From contig BEHR01000011.1 in NCBI GenBank assembly GCA_002898555.1, positions 1,229-65,228 on the forward strand: a DNA stretch of 64,000 bases, written 5' to 3'. Under the pieces are notes generated by a model. The model had not been told where the DNA came from and did not search any database. It worked only from the letters and a program-made list of their open reading frames with translations. Each line of letters begins with the position of its first letter. Positions within the stretch are counted from its first letter, which is position 1. Of this stretch, positions 55,729-63,592 are shown one piece after another. This DNA comes from a bacterium HR15 (GTDB lineage Bacteria; Armatimonadota; Fimbriimonadia; Fimbriimonadales; GBS-DC). The position numbers and the translations under genes are program-made.

Positions 55729-56613
55729 CTAACGAACAATCTCACAGGACCATGGGACGGTGATTTCCGTACGACCTGCCTTTAATATAAGCCTGCCCTG
55801 AAACTTACCAGTTGCTTTGGGGGCAGGAATGAACTCAACACCCAGGATAAGGGTATTTTGCTGTCGATCAATGGAGCGTACCAGAAACTGTCCAGCCATC
55901 GTATGAGGATTGACCAGCTGCACTTTCGTATATTGATCGGCAATATAATTAGAGTCAAAAATAATTTTTAGATATCTAATAACCCGTTTTTCTTTTGAAA
56001 TGATTCCCAACCCCAGTGATGAAGGCAAGGTTTGTACAGGGCTGCATGGCTCTATATTGACATTGATTGTTTTTATTATACTATCTTTAAGTTTTACTAT
56101 AATTTTTCCATATCTAAAAGTTTTATATTTAATTACTTTGATTTTCAAAGCTCTCGATTTTCGATCGATACTCAAAATTATTCCTGGTATATTCGATAAA
56201 ATTCTTATATCGTTCAAATCAATTGAATTGCAGAAATTAAAAAAGAGTATATTTTTATGATCACATTTTATGTGAAGATAATTGGGCGCATTGAGCAAGC
56301 AATTTATCTGTTTACCGGAAAGTTTAGCAACCAAGATAGCTTTCTTTTGATTATCAGTTTCAACTTCGACCCAGAAGGTGTCCTGAATGGGCTTTTCCTG
56401 TATTCCCTCCCAATGTGGTGGTAAATCGAGGCGCGCTTTTACATGGAGCGTTCCACCAGGAGGTACGATTCGAGGAGCATAGCTATAAGTTGCCTGCGTA
56501 TTTGGTAAAGGTGCCACATGGCCTGGGTTCATAGTCACATACAGAGCCAGGGGCTGGACGGCATCGTGGATACCGGACACGGTTCGACACAAACTCCTCA
56601 CAAATCGTGCCAC
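55729..56613 (-). CDS. beta-rich (Ig-like/DUF1573-like?) protein with an extremely AT-rich central coding segment
   Basis: ORF of 294 aa. An alternative start at ATG 56532 is possible. It overlaps the upstream Cys-rich ORF by 50-131 nt. C-terminus GKFQGRLILKAGRTEITVPWSCEIV. Confidence 0.5.
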   Translation of the reverse strand: MARFVRSLCRTVSGIHDAVQPLALYVTMNPGHVAPLPNTQATYSYAPRIVPPGGTLHVKARLDLPPHWEGIQEKPIQDTFWVEVETDNQKKAILVAKLSGKQINCLLNAPNYLHIKCDHKNILFFNFCNSIDLNDIRILSNIPGIILSIDRKSRALKIKVIKYKTFRYGKIIVKLKDSIIKTINVNIEPCSPVQTLPSSLGLGIISKEKRVIRYLKIIFDSNYIADQYTKVQLVNPHTMAGQFLVRSIDRQQNTLILGVEFIPAPKATGKFQGRLILKAGRTEITVPWSCEIVR

Positions 56614-56899
56614 AGAAAGTAACTCTACCTATTCTAATACATCCAGAAAAGCACCGGCAAGGGATATCTTGGCAGCTCGCTATAAGCCAAGGCGTGCATT
56701 TCTGATCGTTGACTCGGATAGGATTTGGCTTAGTGGCACATGGTTTGACAGACGCAACAACTACTTCATCGGGCGCTGTTGCCAGGCCACAAGCGTCTTT
56801 CTCAGAGGATATACCTACGCCAATTGGCACCCAACTGAGCAGGATGCCGACTACAACCCTCAAGCCAATGCTCCAGCACGACAAACCGATTTTGCGCAT
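56483..56899 (-). CDS. small exported/anchored Cys-rich protein (139 aa)
   Basis: ATG 56899 preceded by GGAGGTGG. Hydrophobic N-terminus LSCWSIGLRVVVGILLSWVPIGVG. At least 14 Cys residues. Confidence 0.55.
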   Translation of the reverse strand: MRKIGLSCWSIGLRVVVGILLSWVPIGVGISSEKDACGLATAPDEVVVASVKPCATKPNPIRVNDQKCTPWLIASCQDIPCRCFSGCIRIGRVTFCGTICEEFVSNRVRYPRCRPAPGSVCDYEPRPCGTFTKYAGNL

Positions 56900-57007
56900 C
56901 TTTTGTCCACCTCCATTTAAAAATAACGCTCCCATCGTTCCTTTGGGGACATCATAGTACCATCTCCGAGTGGATGCTTACTTTTTTCTGCCAATGCTCC
57001 CGCATAA

Positions 57008-57544
57008 CTACGAGCAACTCTCTGTCTGTAGAGGATAGACCACCGCCGAAATTACCCCCCCACTTTGTACCCAGTTCTGGAGTTTCTTGATGGCTCGCTG
57101 ACAAGTCTTCTTGACATTCTCTTTAGAGTGGCCATCGCCTATCTGTCGCGCGATGACGGAAAACGATAGGCCTTCCAAGTAATGAAGTATCACAATCAAT
57201 CGCTCTCGCTCCGAAAGCCGAGCAAGTGCTTGCTCCAGCATCAAACGCTGCTCTACCTGCTCATAGCCCATCTCGTCCATGGCGTATTCTGTACCCAGCT
57301 CCTCCAGCGACACCGTGGCAGGTTTGCGTTTGCGACGGCGCAGATAGTCGTTTTTTACACTTTGACAGACACGGTGAAGGTAGGCACGTGTAACTGCTTG
57401 CTGGCGTTGCTGACAGCGCAATAGGCGCAGCAGGACATCTTGGATCATGTCCTCTATGCAGTTAGCATCCCGTTCATGTTGCAGGAACCAACGCCGTGCT
57501 TCATTATACCATTCGCTTTCTTTAAGCAAGTCACGCTCCTCCAT
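57008..57544 (-). CDS. ECF-type sigma-70 family RNA polymerase sigma factor
   Basis: Region 2 (IQDVLLRLLRC...YLHRVCQSVKNDYLRRR) and region 4 (LSERERLIVILHYLEGLSFSVIARQIG...VKKTCQRAIKKL). The ORF extension to 57820 is just translation of the palindromic repeat. Confidence 0.8.
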   Translation of the reverse strand: MEERDLLKESEWYNEARRWFLQHERDANCIEDMIQDVLLRLLRCQQRQQAVTRAYLHRVCQSVKNDYLRRRKRKPATVSLEELGTEYAMDEMGYEQVEQRLMLEQALARLSERERLIVILHYLEGLSFSVIARQIGDGHSKENVKKTCQRAIKKLQNWVQSGGVISAVVYPLQTESCS

Positions 57545-57671
57545 GGCGCGCTCCTCCTCAAAAAGAGGATTCGCCTTGCTCGAGGCGATTCCTGCATGGT
57601 GTGTGGTTGCTTCATGCCATAATAAAAGGGGCGTGATGGGATGAGACTGCCCGCAACGCCGCCCGATGCTG

Positions 57672-57826
57672 CAGAATTTGCTTCTTCGGGGTAGCCCAAA
57701 ATTTTTTCTCTGGGGTACTCCAAAATTTTCTTCTCCGGGGTACCCATCTGGGTCGGAGAAGAAAATTTTGAGCGCAGCGGGGTCAGAGAAAAAATTTTGC
57801 CGTCTGACTCGGAGAAGCAAATTCTG
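57672..57826. repeat. full three-level nested palindromic repeat (copy 4) between the ECF sigma gene and ppdK
   Basis: Perfect stems 57672-57685/57813-57826 (14 bp), 57697-57712/57784-57799 (16 bp) and 57721-57737/57754-57770 (17 bp). A GGGTACCC palindrome sits at the apex. Confidence 0.9.
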
Positions 57827-57841
57827 GAGGAGGTTGGAAGA

Positions 57842-60514
57842 ATGAAGCGAGTCTATCTGTTTGAGGAAGGGCGCGCGGATATGCGCGACCTCTTAGGCGG
57901 GAAGGGCGCGAATCTGGCGGAGATGACCCATATCGGTCTGCCCGTGCCGCCGGGCTTTACGATCACGACCGATGTGTGCCGCGACTATATGCGGCGCGGG
58001 CGGCTGCCAGACGACCTGATGGACGAAGTGCGCGAAAAGCTCCAGGTCGTGGAGCAGCGCGTGGGCAAACGCTTCGGCGACCCCGAGAACCCGCTGCTTG
58101 TCTCCGTGCGCTCCGGCGCCAAGTTCTCTATGCCGGGCATGATGGATACTATCCTCAATCTCGGGTTGAACGATCGCACCGCCCAGGCGATGATCCGCCT
58201 GACCCAGAACCCGCGCTTCGTCTACGATGCCTACCGCCGATTTATCATGATGTTCAGCGATGTCGTCATGGACATCCCCAAGAAACTGTTCGAAGAACGG
58301 TTCGCTGAGCTCAAAGCGCGACTCGGTGTCACGCAGGATACCGAAGTGCCTGCCGACGCGCTCAAAACGCTCGTGGAAGAGTTCAAACAGATCGTGCATG
58401 AGCATGGCAAGGAGTTCCCCCAGGACCCATCTCTACAATTAGAGATGGCGATCGAGGCGGTATTCCGTTCTTGGAATAATGAGCGTGCAGTCATCTATCG
58501 CGAGCGGGAAAAAATCCCCCATGACCTGGGCACGGCGTGCAATGTGCAAGCGATGGTGTTCGGCAACATGGGCGACGACTCGGGCACTGGCGTCGCCTTC
58601 ACGCGTAACCCCGCTACCGGCGAGAAGGTGCTGTATGGCGAGTTCCTGCCGAATGCACAGGGTGAGGATGTGGTCGCGGGCATCCGAACGCCACTGCCGT
58701 TGGACGCCTTGCGCGACATGATGCCCGAAGTCTATCGGCAATTTTTGGAGATTGCAGACCGACTGGAGCGACACTATCGCGACATGATGGATCTGGAGTT
58801 CACCATCGAGCGAGGCACCCTCTGGATGCTGCAATGTCGCGTGGGCAAGCGCACCGGGCGTGCCGCCGTCAAAATCGCTGTCGATATGGTGCATGAAGGG
58901 CTCATTGGGCGCGACGAGGCAGTCCTACGCGTCCAGCCCAGCCATCTGGACCAAGTGCTGCATCCCCACCTGGACGAACGCGCATTGGCAACGGGCGAGT
59001 ACCCACTCATTGCGCAGGGACTAAGTGCCTCGCCAGGCGCCGCCAGCGGACGCGCTGTTTTTGACGCTAAACGCGCCATCGAAAGAGGCAAAGCGGAACC
59101 TGTGATCCTCGTGCGCCCTGAAACAAATCCCGACGATGTAGGCGGGATGCTCGCCTCAAAAGGCATCCTGACCGAGCGAGGCGGAATGACCAGCCACGCC
59201 GCCGTCGTTGCGCGCGGCTTTGGCATCCCATGTGTGGCTGGCTGTGAAGCTATCCATGTAGACGAGGAGAACGCTCTCTTCACAGTGGAGGTGAACGGGG
59301 AAACCCTCACCGTGCGCGAGGGCGATTATATCAGCATCGACGGCAGCACAGGCAATGTCTACTTAGGGGCAGTGCCCACACAAGAGCCTGAAATCAGCCC
59401 CGAAATGATGACCCTACTCCACTGGGCAGACCAGTTCCGTCGCCTGCGCGTACGCGCCAACGCCGACACCCCCAAAGACGCTGCGAAAGCACTCGCATTT
59501 GGCGCAGAAGGGATCGGACTGGCACGCACCGAGCATATGTTCTTTGGGGCGGAGCGGCTGCCCATCGTGCAGGAGATGATCCTCGCCAAGACCGCCAAAG
59601 AGCGGCGGGAGGCGCTCTCACGCCTGCTTCCCTTCCAGCGCGAGGACTTCCTCGGTCTCTTTGAGGTGATGCGCGGGCTGCCTGTCACCATCCGCCTGAT
59701 TGACCCCCCTCTGCATGAGTTCCTGCCCCGTTATGAGGACCTCCTGCGCGAAGTGCTCCTCTTGGAGTTGACCGCGCCCGATTCACCCCAATTAGCCGAG
59801 AAACGGCGTCTATTGCAGCGCGTGGAGGAGCTGCGCGAGGCGAACCCGATGCTGGGGCTGCGTGGCGTGCGCCTCTCCATCCTCTACCCGGAGATTGTGG
59901 AGATGCAAGTCACGGCGATTATGGAAGCCGCTGCGGAAGCCCAGCGCCGCGGCTATGACCCCCATGTGGAGATAATGATCCCTCTCGTGGGGCATGTGAA
60001 CGAGCTCAAGGTGGTGCGCGAGAATTTGGAGCGCGTCGCCAAGGAGGTCATGGCACACGAGGGCGTGCAAATCGATTACAAATTCGGCACGATGATCGAG
60101 ATTCCGCGCGCCGCGCTCACAGCAGGCGAAATCGCGCAAGAGGCCCAATTCTTCTCCTTCGGCACGAACGACTTGACGCAGACCGTGTTCGGCTTTAGCC
60201 GCGATGACGCCGAGGGGAAGTTCCTCGCCTACTATGTGGAGCAGAAAATCTTGCCCGAAAATCCCTTTGTCACCCTGGATCGGGCAGGGGTTGGCAGATT
60301 GATTGAGATGGCAGTGCGAGCAGGACGCGCTGCACGACGCGAGTTGAAAATCGGCATCTGTGGTGAGCATGGCGGAGACCCTGCCTCCATCGAATTCTGC
60401 CATGAGTTGGAGCTGGACTATGTGAGCTGTTCTCCCTATCGCGTGCCGATTGCCCGTTTGGCAGCCGCGCAAGCCGCCCTGCGCCACCGCGTCGCCGTGA
60501 CGGTCGATAAATAA
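57842..60514 (+). CDS. ppdK: pyruvate, phosphate dikinase
   Basis: MKRVYLFEEG...LGGKGANLAEM N-terminus. Phosphohistidine region GGMTSHAAVVARG. C-terminal PEP-utilising motif SFGTNDLTQ...CGEHGGDP. ATG 57842 preceded by GGAGGAGG. Confidence 0.93.
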   Translation: MKRVYLFEEGRADMRDLLGGKGANLAEMTHIGLPVPPGFTITTDVCRDYMRRGRLPDDLMDEVREKLQVVEQRVGKRFGDPENPLLVSVRSGAKFSMPGMMDTILNLGLNDRTAQAMIRLTQNPRFVYDAYRRFIMMFSDVVMDIPKKLFEERFAELKARLGVTQDTEVPADALKTLVEEFKQIVHEHGKEFPQDPSLQLEMAIEAVFRSWNNERAVIYREREKIPHDLGTACNVQAMVFGNMGDDSGTGVAFTRNPATGEKVLYGEFLPNAQGEDVVAGIRTPLPLDALRDMMPEVYRQFLEIADRLERHYRDMMDLEFTIERGTLWMLQCRVGKRTGRAAVKIAVDMVHEGLIGRDEAVLRVQPSHLDQVLHPHLDERALATGEYPLIAQGLSASPGAASGRAVFDAKRAIERGKAEPVILVRPETNPDDVGGMLASKGILTERGGMTSHAAVVARGFGIPCVAGCEAIHVDEENALFTVEVNGETLTVREGDYISIDGSTGNVYLGAVPTQEPEISPEMMTLLHWADQFRRLRVRANADTPKDAAKALAFGAEGIGLARTEHMFFGAERLPIVQEMILAKTAKERREALSRLLPFQREDFLGLFEVMRGLPVTIRLIDPPLHEFLPRYEDLLREVLLLELTAPDSPQLAEKRRLLQRVEELREANPMLGLRGVRLSILYPEIVEMQVTAIMEAAAEAQRRGYDPHVEIMIPLVGHVNELKVVRENLERVAKEVMAHEGVQIDYKFGTMIEIPRAALTAGEIAQEAQFFSFGTNDLTQTVFGFSRDDAEGKFLAYYVEQKILPENPFVTLDRAGVGRLIEMAVRAGRAARRELKIGICGEHGGDPASIEFCHELELDYVSCSPYRVPIARLAAAQAALRHRVAVTVDK

Positions 60515-60520
60515 CACCCA

Positions 60521-60647
60521 TGAAATTTTTTCTTCGGGGTAGCCCAAAATTTTTTCTCTGGGGTACCCAAAATTTTCTTTTCCGGGGTACCCTGTTGGGT
60601 CGGAGAAGAAGATTTTGAGCGCGGCGAGGTCAGAGAAAAAATTTCAG
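60521..60647. repeat. nested palindromic repeat (copy 5), 7 nt after the ppdK stop
   Basis: Three tandem left units (…TTTTTTCTTCGGGGTAGCC, CAAAATTTTTTCTCTGGGGTACC, CAAAATTTTCTTTTCCGGGGTACCC) and two right units (GGGTCGGAGAAGAAGATTTTG, GGTCAGAGAAAAAATTTCAG). Confidence 0.9.
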
Positions 60648-60668
60648 GTCAGATAGGTCAATAAAACC

Positions 60669-61517
60669 ATGAACGAGGAAATTACCGCTGAGCTGAGTGT
60701 GGAGCAGCTGCAGCCCGTGCCTGCCGAGCCGTTGCGTGTGTTACCTATCGTGAAGTTCGTCGCCCGCAGCGAAATCGGCAAGGTGCGCGAGAACAACGAG
60801 GACAAGTTCGACTTCTACGAGCCAGACGAACCTGAGCGACTGGCTGCACGCGGCAGCGTCTACCTGGTGTGCGATGGCATGGGCGGACACGAGGCAGGGC
60901 AAATCGCCAGCGAACTGGCGTCGAAGCTGTTTTTGCACCACTATTATCACAGTGACGGCACGCCCCAAGAGGCGGCGGAGCGTGCCGTGCTGCACGCCCA
61001 CAGCTACATCCAGCGGATGGGACAAACCATCCCTTCCCGCCGCGATATGGGCACGACGCTCACCGCCCTCATCCTGCGTCAGGAGGAAGGGATTTTGGTG
61101 CATGTGGGCGATAGCCGATGCTACCGTATGCGCAACGGCGAACTTCAGCAACTCACACGCGACCATACGCTCGTGCAGGAGTGGGTGAGGCAGGGTCTGC
61201 TGACGCCCGAAGCCGCCCGTTATCATCCCTACAGCAGCGTCATTACGCAGGCGATTGGCGTGGAGGGCGAGCAGGGGCCGCTCAAACCCGATATCGAAAC
61301 TTTCGCCCTGCAGGAGGGCGACCTCTTCCTGCTCTGTTCCGACGGCTTGACCGACATGCTGGAGGACACCGAAATCGCCGAAATTCTGCGTACCCACTCG
61401 CCCACGCACGCCGCGTGGACACTGGTCGACCGCGCCTTAGCCGAAGGTGGGCGGGACAACATCACCGTGGTGCTGGTGCAGATTCGCGAACTCAGGCGTG
61501 TGGCGAGCAGTGAGTAG
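60669..61517 (+). CDS. PP2C-family serine/threonine protein phosphatase
   Basis: RENNEDKF, VCDGMGGHEAG, GTTLTAL, SDGLTD and DNITVV motifs. Confidence 0.88.
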   Translation: MNEEITAELSVEQLQPVPAEPLRVLPIVKFVARSEIGKVRENNEDKFDFYEPDEPERLAARGSVYLVCDGMGGHEAGQIASELASKLFLHHYYHSDGTPQEAAERAVLHAHSYIQRMGQTIPSRRDMGTTLTALILRQEEGILVHVGDSRCYRMRNGELQQLTRDHTLVQEWVRQGLLTPEAARYHPYSSVITQAIGVEGEQGPLKPDIETFALQEGDLFLLCSDGLTDMLEDTEIAEILRTHSPTHAAWTLVDRALAEGGRDNITVVLVQIRELRRVASSE

Positions 61518-61533
61518 TGAGCGGCGACAGGAA

Positions 61534-62478
61534 GTGGGCATTAGGCAACTCTATGTGATCTTGGGGCCGACGGCGGTGGGGAAAACGGCGGTCGGACTGC
61601 GTGTGGCGGAGCGAATCGGTGCCGAAATCATCTCTGCCGATTCGGCGGCTGTTTATCGCGGGATGGACATCGGCACGGCGAAGCCCACACCCGAAGAACG
61701 CGCTCGCGTGCCTGTTCACCTGATTGATGTGGCGGAGCCGGACGAGCCGTTCACCGCGGCGAAGTTCCGTGAACTGGCGCTGCAAGCCATCCATGACATT
61801 CAAGCGCGTGGCAAGCCTGTGCTGATTGTTGGGGGCACCGGGCTGTACCTGCGCGTGTTGCTGCACGGATTCCGTCTGGCGCCACCCAGCGACCCCGAAC
61901 TGCGCCGATACCTCCAACAGCAAGCGCAGCAGCAGGGATTACACACCCTCTATGAACGGCTCAAGCAGATCGATCCGCAAGCGGCAGCGCGTATCCATCC
62001 CAACGACGCCATGCGCATCCTCCGAGCGCTGGAGGTGTACGGAATGACGGGCAAGCCGATTAGTGAATGGCAGTCGCGTGCCGAATCGGAGCTGCCTGCG
62101 CTGAAGTTTGGGCTGACCATGCCTCGCCCGCTGCTCTATCGTCGGATTAATGAGCGGGTGGATCAGATGATGGCGCAAGGGTTTTTGCAAGAGGTGCAGA
62201 ATCTGCTCTCGAAAGGGTACAATAGGGAACTACCCGCCCTTAAAGGGTTGGGCTATCGACATCTCATCGCCTATCTCATGGGCGAGGTGGAGCTGGACGA
62301 GGCGGTTCGGCTGTGGAAACGCGACACGCGCCGCTTCGCAAAGCGTCAGATGACTTGGTTTCGTCGCGAGCCAGGCGTGATCTGGCTTGATGCCAGTGCG
62401 GGCGCGGAAGCGACCGCCCAGACCATCGTGCAGATGATTATGGAGCAGGGAGGGCAACACAATGGCAAAGGCGATTAA
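61534..62478 (+). CDS. miaA: tRNA dimethylallyltransferase MiaA
   Basis: [18 protein letters not shown]...[22 protein letters not shown]. The start is uncertain (GTG 61534 or GTG 61510; the ORF is open from 61447, overlapping the PP2C gene). Confidence 0.88.
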   Translation: MGIRQLYVILGPTAVGKTAVGLRVAERIGAEIISADSAAVYRGMDIGTAKPTPEERARVPVHLIDVAEPDEPFTAAKFRELALQAIHDIQARGKPVLIVGGTGLYLRVLLHGFRLAPPSDPELRRYLQQQAQQQGLHTLYERLKQIDPQAAARIHPNDAMRILRALEVYGMTGKPISEWQSRAESELPALKFGLTMPRPLLYRRINERVDQMMAQGFLQEVQNLLSKGYNRELPALKGLGYRHLIAYLMGEVELDEAVRLWKRDTRRFAKRQMTWFRREPGVIWLDASAGAEATAQTIVQMIMEQGGQHNGKGD

Positions 62479-62725
62479 CTTGCAGGACATGTTTTTGAAT
62501 CAGGTGCGTAAGGAAGGCATCGGCGTTACCGTCTACCTCAGCGGTGGCATCCAGCTGCGGGGGGTTGTGCGCGGATTCGATGCGTTTACCATCCTCCTCG
62601 AAAGCCCGGGCAAGCCGGTTCAACTGGTCTATAAGCATGCCATTACCACGATTGTGCCGTCACGCCCAGTGACAGGCTATGGTCCCAGCCGCCCCCAACC
62701 CGAGCCCAGCGAGTTTGAAGAGTGA
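62462..62725 (+). CDS. hfq: RNA chaperone Hfq
   Basis: [42 protein letters not shown]...[10 protein letters not shown] contains the Sm1/Sm2 motifs. Conserved miaA-hfq linkage. Confidence 0.92.
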   Translation: MAKAINLQDMFLNQVRKEGIGVTVYLSGGIQLRGVVRGFDAFTILLESPGKPVQLVYKHAITTIVPSRPVTGYGPSRPQPEPSEFEE

Positions 62726-63588
62726 GTGCGCACCGGTTTTATAAGTTGCAGGGCAACGGCAACGACTTTGTGTTGCTCGATGCGCTGACCCAGGGCGGGC
62801 AGGTCGGACATGGGGCGTCCCTGCCTGACTGGAAGGCATGGGCAATCCGTTTGTGCGATCGCCGTTTTGGGGTCGGTGCGGACGGCTTGTTGGTCGTGGA
62901 ACGGGGCGAGCGCGCACCTTACCGCATGCGTATTTTCAACCCCGACGGCAGCGAGGCGGAGATGTGTGGCAACGGTATTCGCTGCTTCGCCCGCTACTTG
63001 AGGCTTCGCCATGAACCCCACGCCGAACGGCTGACCATCGAGACGGGGGCCGGTGTGCGCATCGTGCACCGCGCTGACGCGGAGGGGCGCATCTGGACCG
63101 TGGAGATGGGTGTGCCCCGTCTGGCACGCCAAGCAGTACCCGCGTTGGGCAGTCCGCCAGACCAACCCATGCTGCAGGAACCTCTGCAGGTGGCAGGACA
63201 TACTTTGCCACTCAGCGCAGTCAACACGGGCACACCACACGCTGTGCTGTTCGTGGACGATGTGCAGCAGTTCCCGCTGGAAACGCTCGGGCCCGCCATC
63301 GAACATCATCCCCTCTTCCCCGAACGCGCCAATGTACAGGTGGCACAGGTGATGCGTCCCGATTATGTCATGGTGCGCACATGGGAGCGGAGCGCGGGAG
63401 CAACGCTTGCCTGCGGCACAGGCGCATGTGCTGTGCTGGTGATCGGACACCTGCTTGGCTGGCTCGACCGTCAGGCAACCGTCCGCATGCCCGGCGGTGA
63501 GCTGCGCATCGAATGGCGCGAGGACAATCAGCTGCTCATGACAGGACCAGCTGTGGAGGTGTTTGAAGGGGTATGGCTAAGAGAGTGA
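62722..63588 (+). CDS. dapF: diaminopimelate epimerase DapF
   Basis: [15 protein letters not shown], catalytic MCGNGIRC and ACGTGACA motifs. GTGA overlap with the hfq stop. Confidence 0.9.
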   Translation: MSAHRFYKLQGNGNDFVLLDALTQGGQVGHGASLPDWKAWAIRLCDRRFGVGADGLLVVERGERAPYRMRIFNPDGSEAEMCGNGIRCFARYLRLRHEPHAERLTIETGAGVRIVHRADAEGRIWTVEMGVPRLARQAVPALGSPPDQPMLQEPLQVAGHTLPLSAVNTGTPHAVLFVDDVQQFPLETLGPAIEHHPLFPERANVQVAQVMRPDYVMVRTWERSAGATLACGTGACAVLVIGHLLGWLDRQATVRMPGGELRIEWREDNQLLMTGPAVEVFEGVWLRE

Positions 63589-63592
63589 GCTT

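Noticed and set aside
57545-57820. N-terminal 92-aa extension of the ECF sigma ORF (and the 38507-38794 extension of the cyclase ORF)
   Set aside because: The extensions translate the palindromic repeat units (…ENFGVPQRKNFGLPRRSKF…), and sigma region 2 starts right after Met93. The internal ATGs give products of normal length.
57672-57826. CRISPR array interpretation of the ~24-nt tandem units
   Set aside because: The units are directly abutting, with no unique spacers. They are mirrored by complementary units to form nested hairpins. Only 2-3 units occur per arm and no cas genes are present. They are palindromic intergenic repeats, not CRISPR.
47584-57826. Prophage or integrative element interpretation of the low-GC block
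   Set aside because: There is no integrase, recombinase, terminase, capsid or tail-tube gene, no flanking tRNA and no direct repeats at both ends. Only one border carries a repeat, and that repeat also occurs at unrelated loci. The block looks foreign by composition, but I cannot call it a mobile element.
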